This document shows positions 31,514 through 40,452 of a DNA stretch of 64,000 nt, piece by piece. A program made the position numbers and the translations under genes. How positions within the stretch are numbered: position 1 is the first letter of the stretch; every line of letters starts with the position of its first letter. Location of the stretch: contig OZ240241.1 of the NCBI GenBank assembly GCA_965198115.1, positions 6,912,001-6,976,000 on the forward strand, given 5' to 3'. Source of the stretch: Candidatus Latescibacterota bacterium (GTDB lineage Bacteria > Latescibacterota > UBA2968). A model generated the notes under the pieces. The model was not told the DNA's origin. It saw only the letters and a program-made list of their open reading frames with translations, and did not search any database.

Positions 31514-32647
31514 TTGACGACAGCCACGGTGCCGATCAACACGGACGATCCGGTCAACGCTGCCATCCTGGCGGTGTCCGAGGATAGGATCCAGGGTTTT
31601 CGTCGGGATCCGATCGGGACGATCGCCGAACAATCGGGTGTGGGGCTCGAGGATGTGATCCTTCGCATCCGGGCCATGCTCGAGGGTGGGACGATACGTC
31701 GCGTCAGACAGACCTTGATGGCGACCAATCTGGCGCCCGGGGCGCTCGTCGCGTGGAACGTGTCGGAGGACCGTTTGAATGATGCCTTCGATCACATGTT
31801 TCAGATCGACCCGTTCTCGGGGCACGTCGTCATCCGGACGACGGACGAGGGGAAGACGGGTGCCCGCTACCGATTGTGGACGACCGTGAAGGTGCCGAGG
31901 CCCTATTCGCTGGAGCGTCACTGTGCGTTCCTGCGCGACCAGGTTGGCGCCGATCATTTCAGGTTGATGCCCGCCAAGTGCATCTTCGCCCTGGGGGTCG
32001 GGCACGTACGCCGGCGGACGATGGAGGTCGGGAGCAAATCGGAGGAACCAGCCGAACCGCGCCAGGTCGAAGTCGTCGATCTGAGCGACCGGGATTGGCA
32101 AGTGCTGATAGGGCTCAAGCGGGAGTTGGACGTCGAGGAGATCGGGCCCGATCTCTGGACGCGGCGGGCGGAGGAAGTGGGCGTTTCGGTGGAGACATTC
32201 TGCGATGTGGCAGAAGACCTCGAGCGACGCAAGGTGATCGGACGGTTTTCGACGTTTCTGGAGCACGCCAAGCGTCTGATGACGGGTGAGCGTGTCACTC
32301 GCTACAATGCCCTGTTCCATTGGGCGGTGCCCGTGGGTCGCGAGATCGAAGGGGGCCGCGAAATCGGACGTCATCACATCCTGACGCATTGCTACTGGCG
32401 TGAGGGCGGCCCGGACTTCGGCAACGTGAACATTATGGGTGTCGTGCACGGAATGGAGCGGGATAGGGTGTTCGAACACAAGGATGCGATCGACCTTCAT
32501 CTGGCCGACGCCGGAATCCCGGTTTCCTACACGAATGTTTTCTGGGGTGGGCGGAGCGAGATCAAGCCGTCGGAGATTGCGCCGTCGGCGTATGTTGCGT
32601 GGTGCGAGACGGTCGGTGTGGACCCGGAGACGATGATCGAACCGTGA
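31514..32647 (+). CDS. Tandem Lrp/AsnC-like protein resembling fused siroheme decarboxylase (AhbAB/NirDL)
   Basis: Two HTH plus AsnC-like halves (ALVAWNV, ALFHWAVP). THCYWR matches the HxYxR motif of siroheme decarboxylases. Confidence 0.7.
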   Translation: MTTATVPINTDDPVNAAILAVSEDRIQGFRRDPIGTIAEQSGVGLEDVILRIRAMLEGGTIRRVRQTLMATNLAPGALVAWNVSEDRLNDAFDHMFQIDPFSGHVVIRTTDEGKTGARYRLWTTVKVPRPYSLERHCAFLRDQVGADHFRLMPAKCIFALGVGHVRRRTMEVGSKSEEPAEPRQVEVVDLSDRDWQVLIGLKRELDVEEIGPDLWTRRAEEVGVSVETFCDVAEDLERRKVIGRFSTFLEHAKRLMTGERVTRYNALFHWAVPVGREIEGGREIGRHHILTHCYWREGGPDFGNVNIMGVVHGMERDRVFEHKDAIDLHLADAGIPVSYTNVFWGGRSEIKPSEIAPSAYVAWCETVGVDPETMIEP

Positions 32648-32673
32648 GGATTGGGAGACGGCAGGAAGCGATC

Positions 32674-32712
32674 GAGGCCCCTTCGCACGTTGCGATGGGG
32701 CCTCTTTGTTTT
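32674..32712. terminator. Terminator between convergent genes
   Basis: gaggccccttcgca-cgt-tgcgatggggcctc followed by tttgttttt. Confidence 0.7.
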
Positions 32713-33005
32713 TAGTCGTTCTTGTGTTTTTCGTTGACGCGGTAGAGGAAGGCGAGGATCTCTGCGATCGGTTGATACAGCTCGTTGGGGATTTCCGTGT
32801 CCAGATCGAGCTTCGCGAGCACGGCGACGAGATCGGGGTCGTTCTTGATCGGGATTCCGTGGGCTTCGGCCAGCTCGATAATCCGTCTGGCCAACTCGCC
32901 CTCGCCCTTTGCGACGATTTTGGGCGCCGCATCGTCATCGGGCCGGTAGCGGATCGCCGCTGCCGACTCCCGGTGTTCGTCGGCGGGGGGTTGATCTTCG
33001 CTCAC
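32712..33005 (-). CDS. Stand-alone FlhB C-terminal-like protein (EscU/YscU/HrcU family)
   Basis: AAAIRY, APKIVAKG, IPI, EIPNELYQPIAEILAFLY. The GTG start overlaps the serS stop. Confidence 0.85.
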   Translation of the reverse strand: MSEDQPPADEHRESAAAIRYRPDDDAAPKIVAKGEGELARRIIELAEAHGIPIKNDPDLVAVLAKLDLDTEIPNELYQPIAEILAFLYRVNEKHKND

Positions 33006-34273
33006 GCGGCCGTCAGGCGGTCCGTGCCGACCCATTTCTGCAGCACTTCGGGTACGGGCACGCTCCCATCTTCGCCCTGGAATTGTTCGAGCATGGCCGG
33101 AATGAGGCGGGAGGTGGCCAGTCCGGATGCGTTCAGGCTGTGGATGAAGGTGTTCCGACCTCCTTCGGTCCTTTTGTATCGAATGTTTCCGCGGCGTGCC
33201 TGGTAATCGTGGGCGTTCGAGGCGGAACTCACTTCTTTGTATTCAGCCATGCTGGGTATCCACACTTCGATGTCGTAGGTCTTGGCCATCGACGCGCTGC
33301 AGTCCCGTGCGGCGAGTTTGGACACCTGGTAATGAAGACCGAGGCCCTGCACGAGGCGTTCGGCCTTCGCGATCATCTCTTCCAGCGCATCGCCCGACTC
33401 TTCCGGCTTCGTAAACTGAAAGATCTCGATCTTGTTGAATTGATGTCCGCGGATCATACCTCGTTCGTTCGTGCGGTAGCTTCCTGCCTCGCGACGGTAA
33501 CAGGGCGTGTAGGCGAAGTATTTTTTCGGGAGCTCCTCCTCGGGCAGGATCTCTCCCCTGTGGAAGTTGATCAGGGCGGTTTCTGCCGTCGGTAGCAGGA
33601 AGTGGCCCTCGTCGCCGCGAATGTGAAAGACGTCGTCGCCGAATTTTGGAAATTGGCCCGCCGTGAATCCACAGTCGTAGGTCAGGATGTGAGGGGGCAG
33701 GACGAATTCGTAGTCGTCGGCGAGGTGGCTTTCGACAAAGTAATTGAGGAGCCCCCATTCGAGCCGAGCCCCGTTTCCCCGGTAGAGCCAGAATCCGTTG
33801 CCACCCATTTTGACGCCGCGTTCGTAGTCGATCAGACCTAGGCTCGTCGCGAGTTCCACGTGATCCTTCGCTTCGAAGCCGAAAGACGGTTGCGATTCCC
33901 ACGTTCGGATGACTTCGTTGGCCTCCTTGCCGCCCGCCGCGACGTCGTCGGCAGGGATGTTCGGGAGTCCTTCGAGGATGGTCCTAATCTGCTCCTCCGC
34001 ATCGTTCAAGTCGACGTCGAGGGTCTTGATGCGATTGGAGACGTCCCGCATTTCGTTCTGCACGTCGGTGGTGTCCTTGCCCTCCTTCTTCATAGCCGGG
34101 ATCTGAGCGGATACCTTGTTGCGTTGCTCGCGGAGCGCATCTATTTCGGGGATCAGGTCTCGACGCTGTGCATCCAACGAGAGCAACTCGCCGAAGTCGA
34201 CCTCGTCCACGCGCTTGAGCAGTGCCTCGCGAACGACCTCCGGGTTCTCGCGTATCAGATTGATGTCCAGCAT
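33002..34273 (-). CDS. serS: Serine--tRNA ligase
   Basis: MLDINLIREN, LPTAET, YRREAG, RGHQFNKIE, KTYDIEVW, LNASGLA. Confidence 0.97.
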   Translation of the reverse strand: MLDINLIRENPEVVREALLKRVDEVDFGELLSLDAQRRDLIPEIDALREQRNKVSAQIPAMKKEGKDTTDVQNEMRDVSNRIKTLDVDLNDAEEQIRTILEGLPNIPADDVAAGGKEANEVIRTWESQPSFGFEAKDHVELATSLGLIDYERGVKMGGNGFWLYRGNGARLEWGLLNYFVESHLADDYEFVLPPHILTYDCGFTAGQFPKFGDDVFHIRGDEGHFLLPTAETALINFHRGEILPEEELPKKYFAYTPCYRREAGSYRTNERGMIRGHQFNKIEIFQFTKPEESGDALEEMIAKAERLVQGLGLHYQVSKLAARDCSASMAKTYDIEVWIPSMAEYKEVSSASNAHDYQARRGNIRYKRTEGGRNTFIHSLNASGLATSRLIPAMLEQFQGEDGSVPVPEVLQKWVGTDRLTAA

Positions 34274-34278
34274 GGGGT

Positions 34279-34890
34279 CTATCTTTCCTCGTGGTGAGTA
34301 GGTAAGGCCGTCGCTCGGCCCAGCCGAACGAGTAAGGCTGCGATGTTAATCGCGGTCTGTCGATCCATCCGCTTGAGGATCTCCCGGACCGTGTCATCGT
34401 CCAGATTGAGCATGACCTGTGCGGCCGCACCGGGTTCGAGTGACTCGCATTGCCGCGCGAGTTGGGAGAGCTTCCGCTCGTGCAGCTGCAACTGTTGCCT
34501 GAGCCGATCCTCCATGGCTGCCTGCAGGATGCGGATTTCATCCTGCTCGATTCGGAGTTCTCGTGAAGGCCGACCGCCGGTTGGTGCCGTCGTGCGATCG
34601 GGGCGAGCTTCTGCTTGCGTCGTGATTCCGCCCTCGGGGGGTGGTGAAGGCGCCGGTTGTGTCTCGATCTTGGGTGGTGCAGGGGCCGGCTTCTTGGGAG
34701 ACTCGGCGGTTCTGGCCAAGGTTTTGGTTTTTTTAGCGATTCCGGGTGTTTTGGACGGTTGGGCGGGTGGTTGTCCTCGCTGAGGCGTGGCATTCGAGCC
34801 GGGCCAAAAGAGGACCATCATGGTGACGATGATCACAGAGAAGGACCCGAACATGCCGATGATAAGAAGGGTGGCGGTCCGGAAGTTCAC
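34279..34890 (-). CDS. MotE/FlbB-like membrane-anchored protein
   Basis: N-terminal TM helix, Pro-rich linker, coiled coil, then LARQCESLEPGAAAQVMLNLDDDTVREILKRM (MotE/MgtE_N-like pattern). Confidence 0.7.
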   Translation of the reverse strand: MNFRTATLLIIGMFGSFSVIIVTMMVLFWPGSNATPQRGQPPAQPSKTPGIAKKTKTLARTAESPKKPAPAPPKIETQPAPSPPPEGGITTQAEARPDRTTAPTGGRPSRELRIEQDEIRILQAAMEDRLRQQLQLHERKLSQLARQCESLEPGAAAQVMLNLDDDTVREILKRMDRQTAINIAALLVRLGRATALPTHHEER

Positions 34891-35013
34891 GGTGTCTCGA
34901 GAGGTTTGGTGAATGTCAGATCGGCAAAATGTGACCCAATCTGGTGGTGATATTCAACAGAATATGCCATTCTTGACAAGGGTCAGCTGGGGACGGATTC
35001 CGCGAATTTGCCT

Positions 35014-35081
35014 TAAGTCACTGATAAATGTGTAGTAACTGCTGAAGGCGAATTGATATTGTCTTTGGCACGGAGATTGCA
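35014..35081 (+). promoter_or_regulatory. sigma54 promoter with an upstream IHF-like site
   Basis: TTGGCACGGAGATTGCA at 35065-35081 is near-consensus. TATCAGTGACTTA on the minus strand at 35014-35026 fits WATCARNNNNTTR. Confidence 0.8.
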
Positions 35082-35131
35082 CAAAGTCGGGGTGAGTCGT
35101 ACAGTCCATTCTATGACGGAGGACCACAGTC

Positions 35132-35299
35132 GTGGTTGCTACCCAGGACGCAAAACGACGGAACGAGTTGGCCTACCTCGCTCTTTATTACGCAATTACG
35201 GGGAACGAGGAGCGCTCGGAGATGATTCGTCGCGTGGTGCGCCGACTCGAAGGTCAGGCTCCCGAGCCGGCCCCCGAGCTCCAGCGCGCACAAGCGTAA
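35132..35299 (+). CDS. Small hypothetical protein (55 aa), absent from the ORF track
   Basis: GGAGG RBS and GTG start; MVATQDAKRRNELAYLALYYAITGNEERSEMIRRVVRRLEGQAPEPAPELQRAQA-stop. Fills the gap between the sigma54 promoter and the convergent aminotransferase. Confidence 0.7.
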   Translation: MVATQDAKRRNELAYLALYYAITGNEERSEMIRRVVRRLEGQAPEPAPELQRAQA

Positions 35300-35302
35300 C
35301 GA

Positions 35303-36427
35303 TCACCCGACCGATTTCAGAACTTCGGCGACCTGCTCTATCTGGTCATCACCGAGCTCGGCGTAAATCGGAAGCGACAAGATTTCACCAGCCGCCTTCT
35401 CTGCGACGGGAAAGTCTCCCGAGACGTAGCCGAGGTCGGCGAAGGCAGGTTGAAGGTGAACGGGAATCGGGTAGTGGATCCCGTTTCCGATCCGTGCCTC
35501 ATTCAAAGCCTTTAGAAATTGGTCACGCCGCGTGGAGCGGACCACATAGTAAGTGTGGACGTGGCCACACCCTTCCAATTCGACGGGTGTCCTGATTGAA
35601 GACGACGAGAGCAGTCGCGCATACATTTGCGCCTGCTCTCTTCTTTTTTGCAGCCATTCGTCGAGGTGTCTCAGCTTGACACTGAGCACCGCCGCCTGCA
35701 AGCCATCCATCCTGAAGTTGTATCCCAGTAGTTCGTGTTCGTAGTGCCCCTTGCGTCCGTGATCAGCCATGCTTCGCATCCGTGTGGCGAGTTCCGAATC
35801 CCTCGTTAGGATGAGGCCGGCGTCTCCAAAGGCGCCGAGGATCTTGCCTGGATAGAAGCTAAACGTCGCGGCGACACCGAACGATCCTGCACGTTTGTCG
35901 TGGTAGTCGGCGCCGTGTGCTTGCGCCGCGTCTTCGACGATGGGGATGCCTCGACGTTCGGCAATGTCGCAGATGGGGTCCATGTCGGCCATGTGGCCAT
36001 AGAGGTGGATGGGTATGATCGCCTTCGTCCGCGGCGTAATGGCCGATTCGAGCCGCTCGGGATCCACATTGAGGGTCGAGTCGGTGACGTCCACAAAGAT
36101 CGGTTTCGCCCCGACGTGAACGATGGATTCTACGGTCGCGATGAATGTGTTGGGTGCTGTGATGACTTCATCGCCAGGACCGATTCCGATCGCCTTGAGG
36201 ACGAGTTCGATCGCCGACGTTCCCGAACTGACACCCACGCCGTTGGCGACCCCGCAGTAGGAGGCGAACTCTTTCTCGAACGTGTCCACGAAGGGCCCCC
36301 CCGCAAAAGCGGAGGCGCGAACGACGCTCTCCATGGCCGTGTCGATTTCCGCCTTGATGCTGCAGTATTGGGCGTAGAGGTCGAGGATGGGAATGGCTGG
36401 CGCCGTGGCCGCCGGCGAGGGGGGCAT
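35303..36427 (-). CDS. DegT/DnrJ/EryC1/StrS family nucleotide-sugar aminotransferase
   Basis: SSGTSA, PIHLYG, EDAAQAHGA, FSFYPGKILGAFGDAG, GYNFRMD. Confidence 0.93.
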   Translation of the reverse strand: MPPSPAATAPAIPILDLYAQYCSIKAEIDTAMESVVRASAFAGGPFVDTFEKEFASYCGVANGVGVSSGTSAIELVLKAIGIGPGDEVITAPNTFIATVESIVHVGAKPIFVDVTDSTLNVDPERLESAITPRTKAIIPIHLYGHMADMDPICDIAERRGIPIVEDAAQAHGADYHDKRAGSFGVAATFSFYPGKILGAFGDAGLILTRDSELATRMRSMADHGRKGHYEHELLGYNFRMDGLQAAVLSVKLRHLDEWLQKRREQAQMYARLLSSSSIRTPVELEGCGHVHTYYVVRSTRRDQFLKALNEARIGNGIHYPIPVHLQPAFADLGYVSGDFPVAEKAAGEILSLPIYAELGDDQIEQVAEVLKSVG

Positions 36428-36437
36428 GTGGGGGTCC

Positions 36438-37397
36438 TTACCGAAGGATGCGCTGAATGTTGAAGGTTTCTTCGGCGCGGGCGCTTCTGGCGATCATGTC
36501 ACCGATGAGCCCGGTACAGATGACCTGGACGCCGAGAACGGTCAGGAGTGTTCCCAGGGAGAGAAGGGGATAGCGATGCTGGATGCTGCCCGTCCGAAAC
36601 CAGAGTGACGCGATGTATCCGTTGATCGTCACACCGAGTCCTCCCATGGCGAGCCCGACGGCGCCGAAAAGATGAAGGGGTCGCCCGAGGTAACGCCCGA
36701 GATACATGACGGTCAGAAGATCCAAAAAACCCTTGAACAGACGACCCCAGCCGTATTTGGTGGTGCCGAACTGTCGAGCGTGATGCTGAACGGGGATTTC
36801 GCCGATGCGGTATCCTTCGAGATGCGCGAGCACAGGGATGTAACGATGCAACTCGCCGTAAATCTTGACGTCGCGCGTGACATCGGCGCGGTAAGCCTTG
36901 AGTCCGCAGTTGAAGTCGTGGATATCGATTCCCGATACGCGGCCGGTCACCCAGTTGAAGAATTTGGAGGGGATGGTCTTCCCCATAGGGTCGTGCCGTT
37001 TTCTCTTCCACCCGGAGACGAGGTCGTAGCCTTCATCCAGTTTGTCCACGAGAGCCGGGATTTCCGCGGGGTCGTCCTGAAGATCGGCGTCCATCGTGAT
37101 CACGACCCGACCCCGAGCTTCGCTGAACCCGGCCGTGTAGGCGGCCGCCTTGCCGAAGTTGCGACGGAATTGGATCACTCTGATGTTCGGGCCGGTCGCG
37201 TGGAGCTCTTCGAGCACGGCGGCCGAGCCGTCGGTGCTGCCATCGTCGATGAAGATGACCTCGTAAGTGAACGCGGTGTCGTCGAGTGTGGCACGGATCC
37301 TGTCGACGAGCGGGCGGAGGCTCTCTTCTTCGTTCAGCAGAGGGATGACGACGGAGACGTCGTAGGGCTCAGGGGCGTTTGTGGCAGTCGGAGTCAT
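36438..37397 (-). CDS. GT2 polyprenyl-phosphate glycosyltransferase (ArnC/GtrB-like)
   Basis: IDDGSTD, RNFGKAAA, TMDADLQDDP, HDFNCGLK, ELHRYIP; two C-terminal TM helices. Confidence 0.92.
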   Translation of the reverse strand: MTPTATNAPEPYDVSVVIPLLNEEESLRPLVDRIRATLDDTAFTYEVIFIDDGSTDGSAAVLEELHATGPNIRVIQFRRNFGKAAAYTAGFSEARGRVVITMDADLQDDPAEIPALVDKLDEGYDLVSGWKRKRHDPMGKTIPSKFFNWVTGRVSGIDIHDFNCGLKAYRADVTRDVKIYGELHRYIPVLAHLEGYRIGEIPVQHHARQFGTTKYGWGRLFKGFLDLLTVMYLGRYLGRPLHLFGAVGLAMGGLGVTINGYIASLWFRTGSIQHRYPLLSLGTLLTVLGVQVICTGLIGDMIARSARAEETFNIQRILR

Positions 37398-37471
37398 CGG
37401 CTATGCAAGGATGATTCTCGGGCAGGTCCGAAAAATGAAGTTAGACAATCCGTGTTCGATTTCCAAGTCAC

Positions 37472-38881
37472 TCACCGTTCAGGCTTGCGGGCAATGGCGA
37501 AGATCGAGAGGCCGGGCAACGGCAACAGCGGGTCGATCAGACGCCAGAACCAGACGAAGCTGTCGAAAATCTTGAGCTGTAACTTGCCGAATCGCCTTCG
37601 CCGCAGGATTCTTCCCGAGAAGAACCACGGTAGGAATCCGACGCGGTTGAACCCCACGAGCCGGTCGACTTCAAAGCCGGCCGTTTCGCATCGCTGGCGT
37701 AGCAGTCGCTTGGAATACCGCAACTTGTGTCCGAGGACGCGATCGAGGCTTCCGAACAGAAACTGCACGTGCGGAACGAGGATGATTGCCGTTCCACCCG
37801 GCCGAAGGGCGTCGAGCATGTTCCGCAGTGCCTGGTCGTGGTCCGGGACGTGTTCAAGCACGTTCAGACAGACGACCGTGTCGAAGGCGCCTCGAACGGA
37901 CGCGAAGCCGTCGGTGGATTCCAGATCGAGCTGGCGGACTTCCATCCACGGGTAATCGCGAAATCGGCTTCGTAGGTAGTCGAGATGGAGAGGGTCCCGA
38001 TCGGACACGGTGTAGTGCTCGCGGGGGATGAGTTTGAGGGTCAGGTTTCCGAGCCCACTCCCGATCTCGAGCACGTGCTGCCCCACAAAGGGCCTGATCG
38101 AGTCCGCCATCCATCGGTTGAAGCGATGCGTGCGCGACAGCGAGTAGAGAATGTCGTGGCCGTAGTTCTCCTCGTAAATGTCGTCGACGAGCCAGTAGTA
38201 AACGATGGTGATGAAGGCCTTCACCCCATCCTTCCAGGTGATTTTCTTGCCTTCCTGATAGCTTCGCCCGCGGTAGGAGATGGGTACCTCGTAAATCCGG
38301 CATCCCCGTTTGGCCAGTTTGGCCGTCAACTCCGGCTCCATTCCGAACCGATTGCTTCGAATCGGAATCGATTTGAGGATACTCGTCTTGACGACTTTGT
38401 ATCCCGTTTCCATGTCGGTCAAGTTCAGGTTGGTAAACGCGTTCGACGTGAGGGTCAGAATGCGATTGCCAATCGTGTGCCAGAAAAAGAGGACGCGCCG
38501 ATATCGACTGGCGGCGAACCGCGACCCATAGACGACATCCGCATCGCCGTCCAGAATCGGTTGAAGCAATTGTGCGATGTCGTTGGGATCATACTCCAGA
38601 TCGGCGTCTTGGATGATGCAGAGGTCTCCCGTGGCCAGGCCGATCGCTTTTCGGATGGCCGACCCCTTGCCCTGGTTGCGTTCCTGAAAGTGAACGCGAA
38701 CGTTCGAGTGAGCGGTCTGGATTTCGGTCAGAATGTCACGCGTGCCATCGATCGATCCATCGTCGACGATGATGAGTTCGCGCTCCAGGTTTTGGGGTAA
38801 CGGCGCCTGGAGTACCCGATCGACCGTTTCGCGAATGAAGTGACGTTCGTTGTAAGCAGGGATCAGAATGCTCAGAGTCAT
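37472..38881 (-). CDS. Fused GT2 (DPM1-like) glycosyltransferase and class I SAM methyltransferase
   Basis: IPAYNE, DDGS, QDADLEYDP, TDMETGYK; C-terminal LEIGSGLG and VCLNVLEH. Confidence 0.9.
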   Translation of the reverse strand: MTLSILIPAYNERHFIRETVDRVLQAPLPQNLERELIIVDDGSIDGTRDILTEIQTAHSNVRVHFQERNQGKGSAIRKAIGLATGDLCIIQDADLEYDPNDIAQLLQPILDGDADVVYGSRFAASRYRRVLFFWHTIGNRILTLTSNAFTNLNLTDMETGYKVVKTSILKSIPIRSNRFGMEPELTAKLAKRGCRIYEVPISYRGRSYQEGKKITWKDGVKAFITIVYYWLVDDIYEENYGHDILYSLSRTHRFNRWMADSIRPFVGQHVLEIGSGLGNLTLKLIPREHYTVSDRDPLHLDYLRSRFRDYPWMEVRQLDLESTDGFASVRGAFDTVVCLNVLEHVPDHDQALRNMLDALRPGGTAIILVPHVQFLFGSLDRVLGHKLRYSKRLLRQRCETAGFEVDRLVGFNRVGFLPWFFSGRILRRRRFGKLQLKIFDSFVWFWRLIDPLLPLPGLSIFAIARKPER

Positions 38882-40452
38882 TTGAATTTCAGAACGTAGG
38901 TATTCGGGTCCGGTATGAGATGAAGTGGCTCGAAGCGAGACAGGTTCGCCTTGATCGCGGGAACGAGGTATCTGAATGTCGAACCGCTGAGATGATCGGT
39001 CACGACGTGATCGACGCCCCTGTCCACGAGGTCCTGGATGAGTGTCCGGTGATCCTCCGTGAACTGATAGCTCGTTGTTCTTCTGTCGGAGGCGACGAAC
39101 ATAAGATAGGATTTTCTACAGCAGACGATGGCGTTCTCCGGCGTGTTCGACCGGATCCACTCGGCGGCGAGCAGGTAATTTTTAAAATTCGCGGGCTGTC
39201 GATTGACTCGATCGAGATGGAACGTGATGGCGGAAACGTTGCTGGCTCCGTAGAGGATCCCGAAGAGGGCCACGAAGGCAATTGGAATCGGGCCCGGCGC
39301 CATTTTTCGAGGAAGGTGAACTAGCGAATGGGTCACTCCGAAAATCACGAACGGAGTCACGGGGATCAGCAGGCGGACGCTGGCCCACACTTCTGGCCAG
39401 AGGAGGCACACGCCGCCATAGAACAGGAGATAGAGCGCGATCAATCGTCGCTCACACAGGTGTCTGACCAGGTAAACTAGAAACAGCGCGGTGAGGATCG
39501 CGCCAACCACGGGAGCGACCTTACCCAGTGAGAAGAACGCCGCATAGTGACGGTCGTAAAAGGATGGCAGAATGACACGGGGCAACTCTTCGGCTGAGTA
39601 GGAGATGACGTTTCGGATAATGCGATGCACGAGACCGGAGAAGCCGAGCGTGCCTTTGAGTGTGTAGGGGTCTGCGCTGAGCAGCCACGTTCGAACGTAG
39701 CTGGGTCCCCCGGTCAGGTGGGTCCTGATCTGCCAGGGGAGCGCGAGGATGAAACAGGCCCCGCCGTAAAGGGCGGCGACCCTGTGTCTTCTCTTCAGCA
39801 GGTAGTAGGCGACCGTGGCGGCAACGAGACTGATCCCGATCGATCTGATGTAGTAGGCTGCCATCAAGGAAACGATCGCGAGGGCGTGCGATCGAAGATC
39901 ATCCCTCTTTTCGGCCTCGAGGACCAACCAGATGGCATAGAGAGAGATCAGTAAGTAGGGAATCTCGGACAGAACGAGGCTTCCGAAACTGAGACCGTAA
40001 ATGGAGAGGAGAGATAGACTCGCCGTCCACAAGGCCCACACGGGAGACGTTTCTCTTGCGATCACCAGGTAGATCAGCGGCACGCTGAGTATGAACGTGG
40101 CCGTCACGAAGAGCTTCATGACAGAGATGTCGAAAGGGAAGACAAGGTGCAATGCCGCCAGGATGAGCGGGAAACCGAAAGGATACTTTGTCGCGGGCAA
40201 AGCCTCGACCGTGTTGATGTAGGTCAGACCCCTACCCTCGGCCAGCGCGCGTCCGAGCGTGATGAATTCGGCGTTGTCCCCGATGATAGACAGGCGCGCG
40301 TCGAAAGTTGTCCACGCGAGCACCGCGGCCACCAGCGCCAACGCGGGGAGAAGGCCGCGGTGGCCGGACAGGGACACGATTCGGTCGTTGAAAGACACGA
40401 CCTCTGGCGCCGGCTGCACGGATGCCCGCTTCTGGTTACGTCGCTTGGCCAC
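38878..40452 (-). CDS. GT-C fold membrane glycosyltransferase (ArnT/PMT-like)
   Basis: Multi-TM; GDNAEF after TM1, KYPFGFP, LSEIPY, YYIRSIG. Confidence 0.75.
   Translation of the reverse strand: MAKRRNQKRASVQPAPEVVSFNDRIVSLSGHRGLLPALALVAAVLAWTTFDARLSIIGDNAEFITLGRALAEGRGLTYINTVEALPATKYPFGFPLILAALHLVFPFDISVMKLFVTATFILSVPLIYLVIARETSPVWALWTASLSLLSIYGLSFGSLVLSEIPYLLISLYAIWLVLEAEKRDDLRSHALAIVSLMAAYYIRSIGISLVAATVAYYLLKRRHRVAALYGGACFILALPWQIRTHLTGGPSYVRTWLLSADPYTLKGTLGFSGLVHRIIRNVISYSAEELPRVILPSFYDRHYAAFFSLGKVAPVVGAILTALFLVYLVRHLCERRLIALYLLFYGGVCLLWPEVWASVRLLIPVTPFVIFGVTHSLVHLPRKMAPGPIPIAFVALFGILYGASNVSAITFHLDRVNRQPANFKNYLLAAEWIRSNTPENAIVCCRKSYLMFVASDRRTTSYQFTEDHRTLIQDLVDRGVDHVVTDHLSGSTFRYLVPAIKANLSRFEPLHLIPDPNTYVLKFK

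Noticed and set aside
35092-35299. CsrB/RsmZ-like sRNA (several GGA motifs)
   Set aside because: The GGA motifs are not in obvious repeated hairpin loops, and an RBS plus a gap-filling ORF explains the region better. Not fully excluded.
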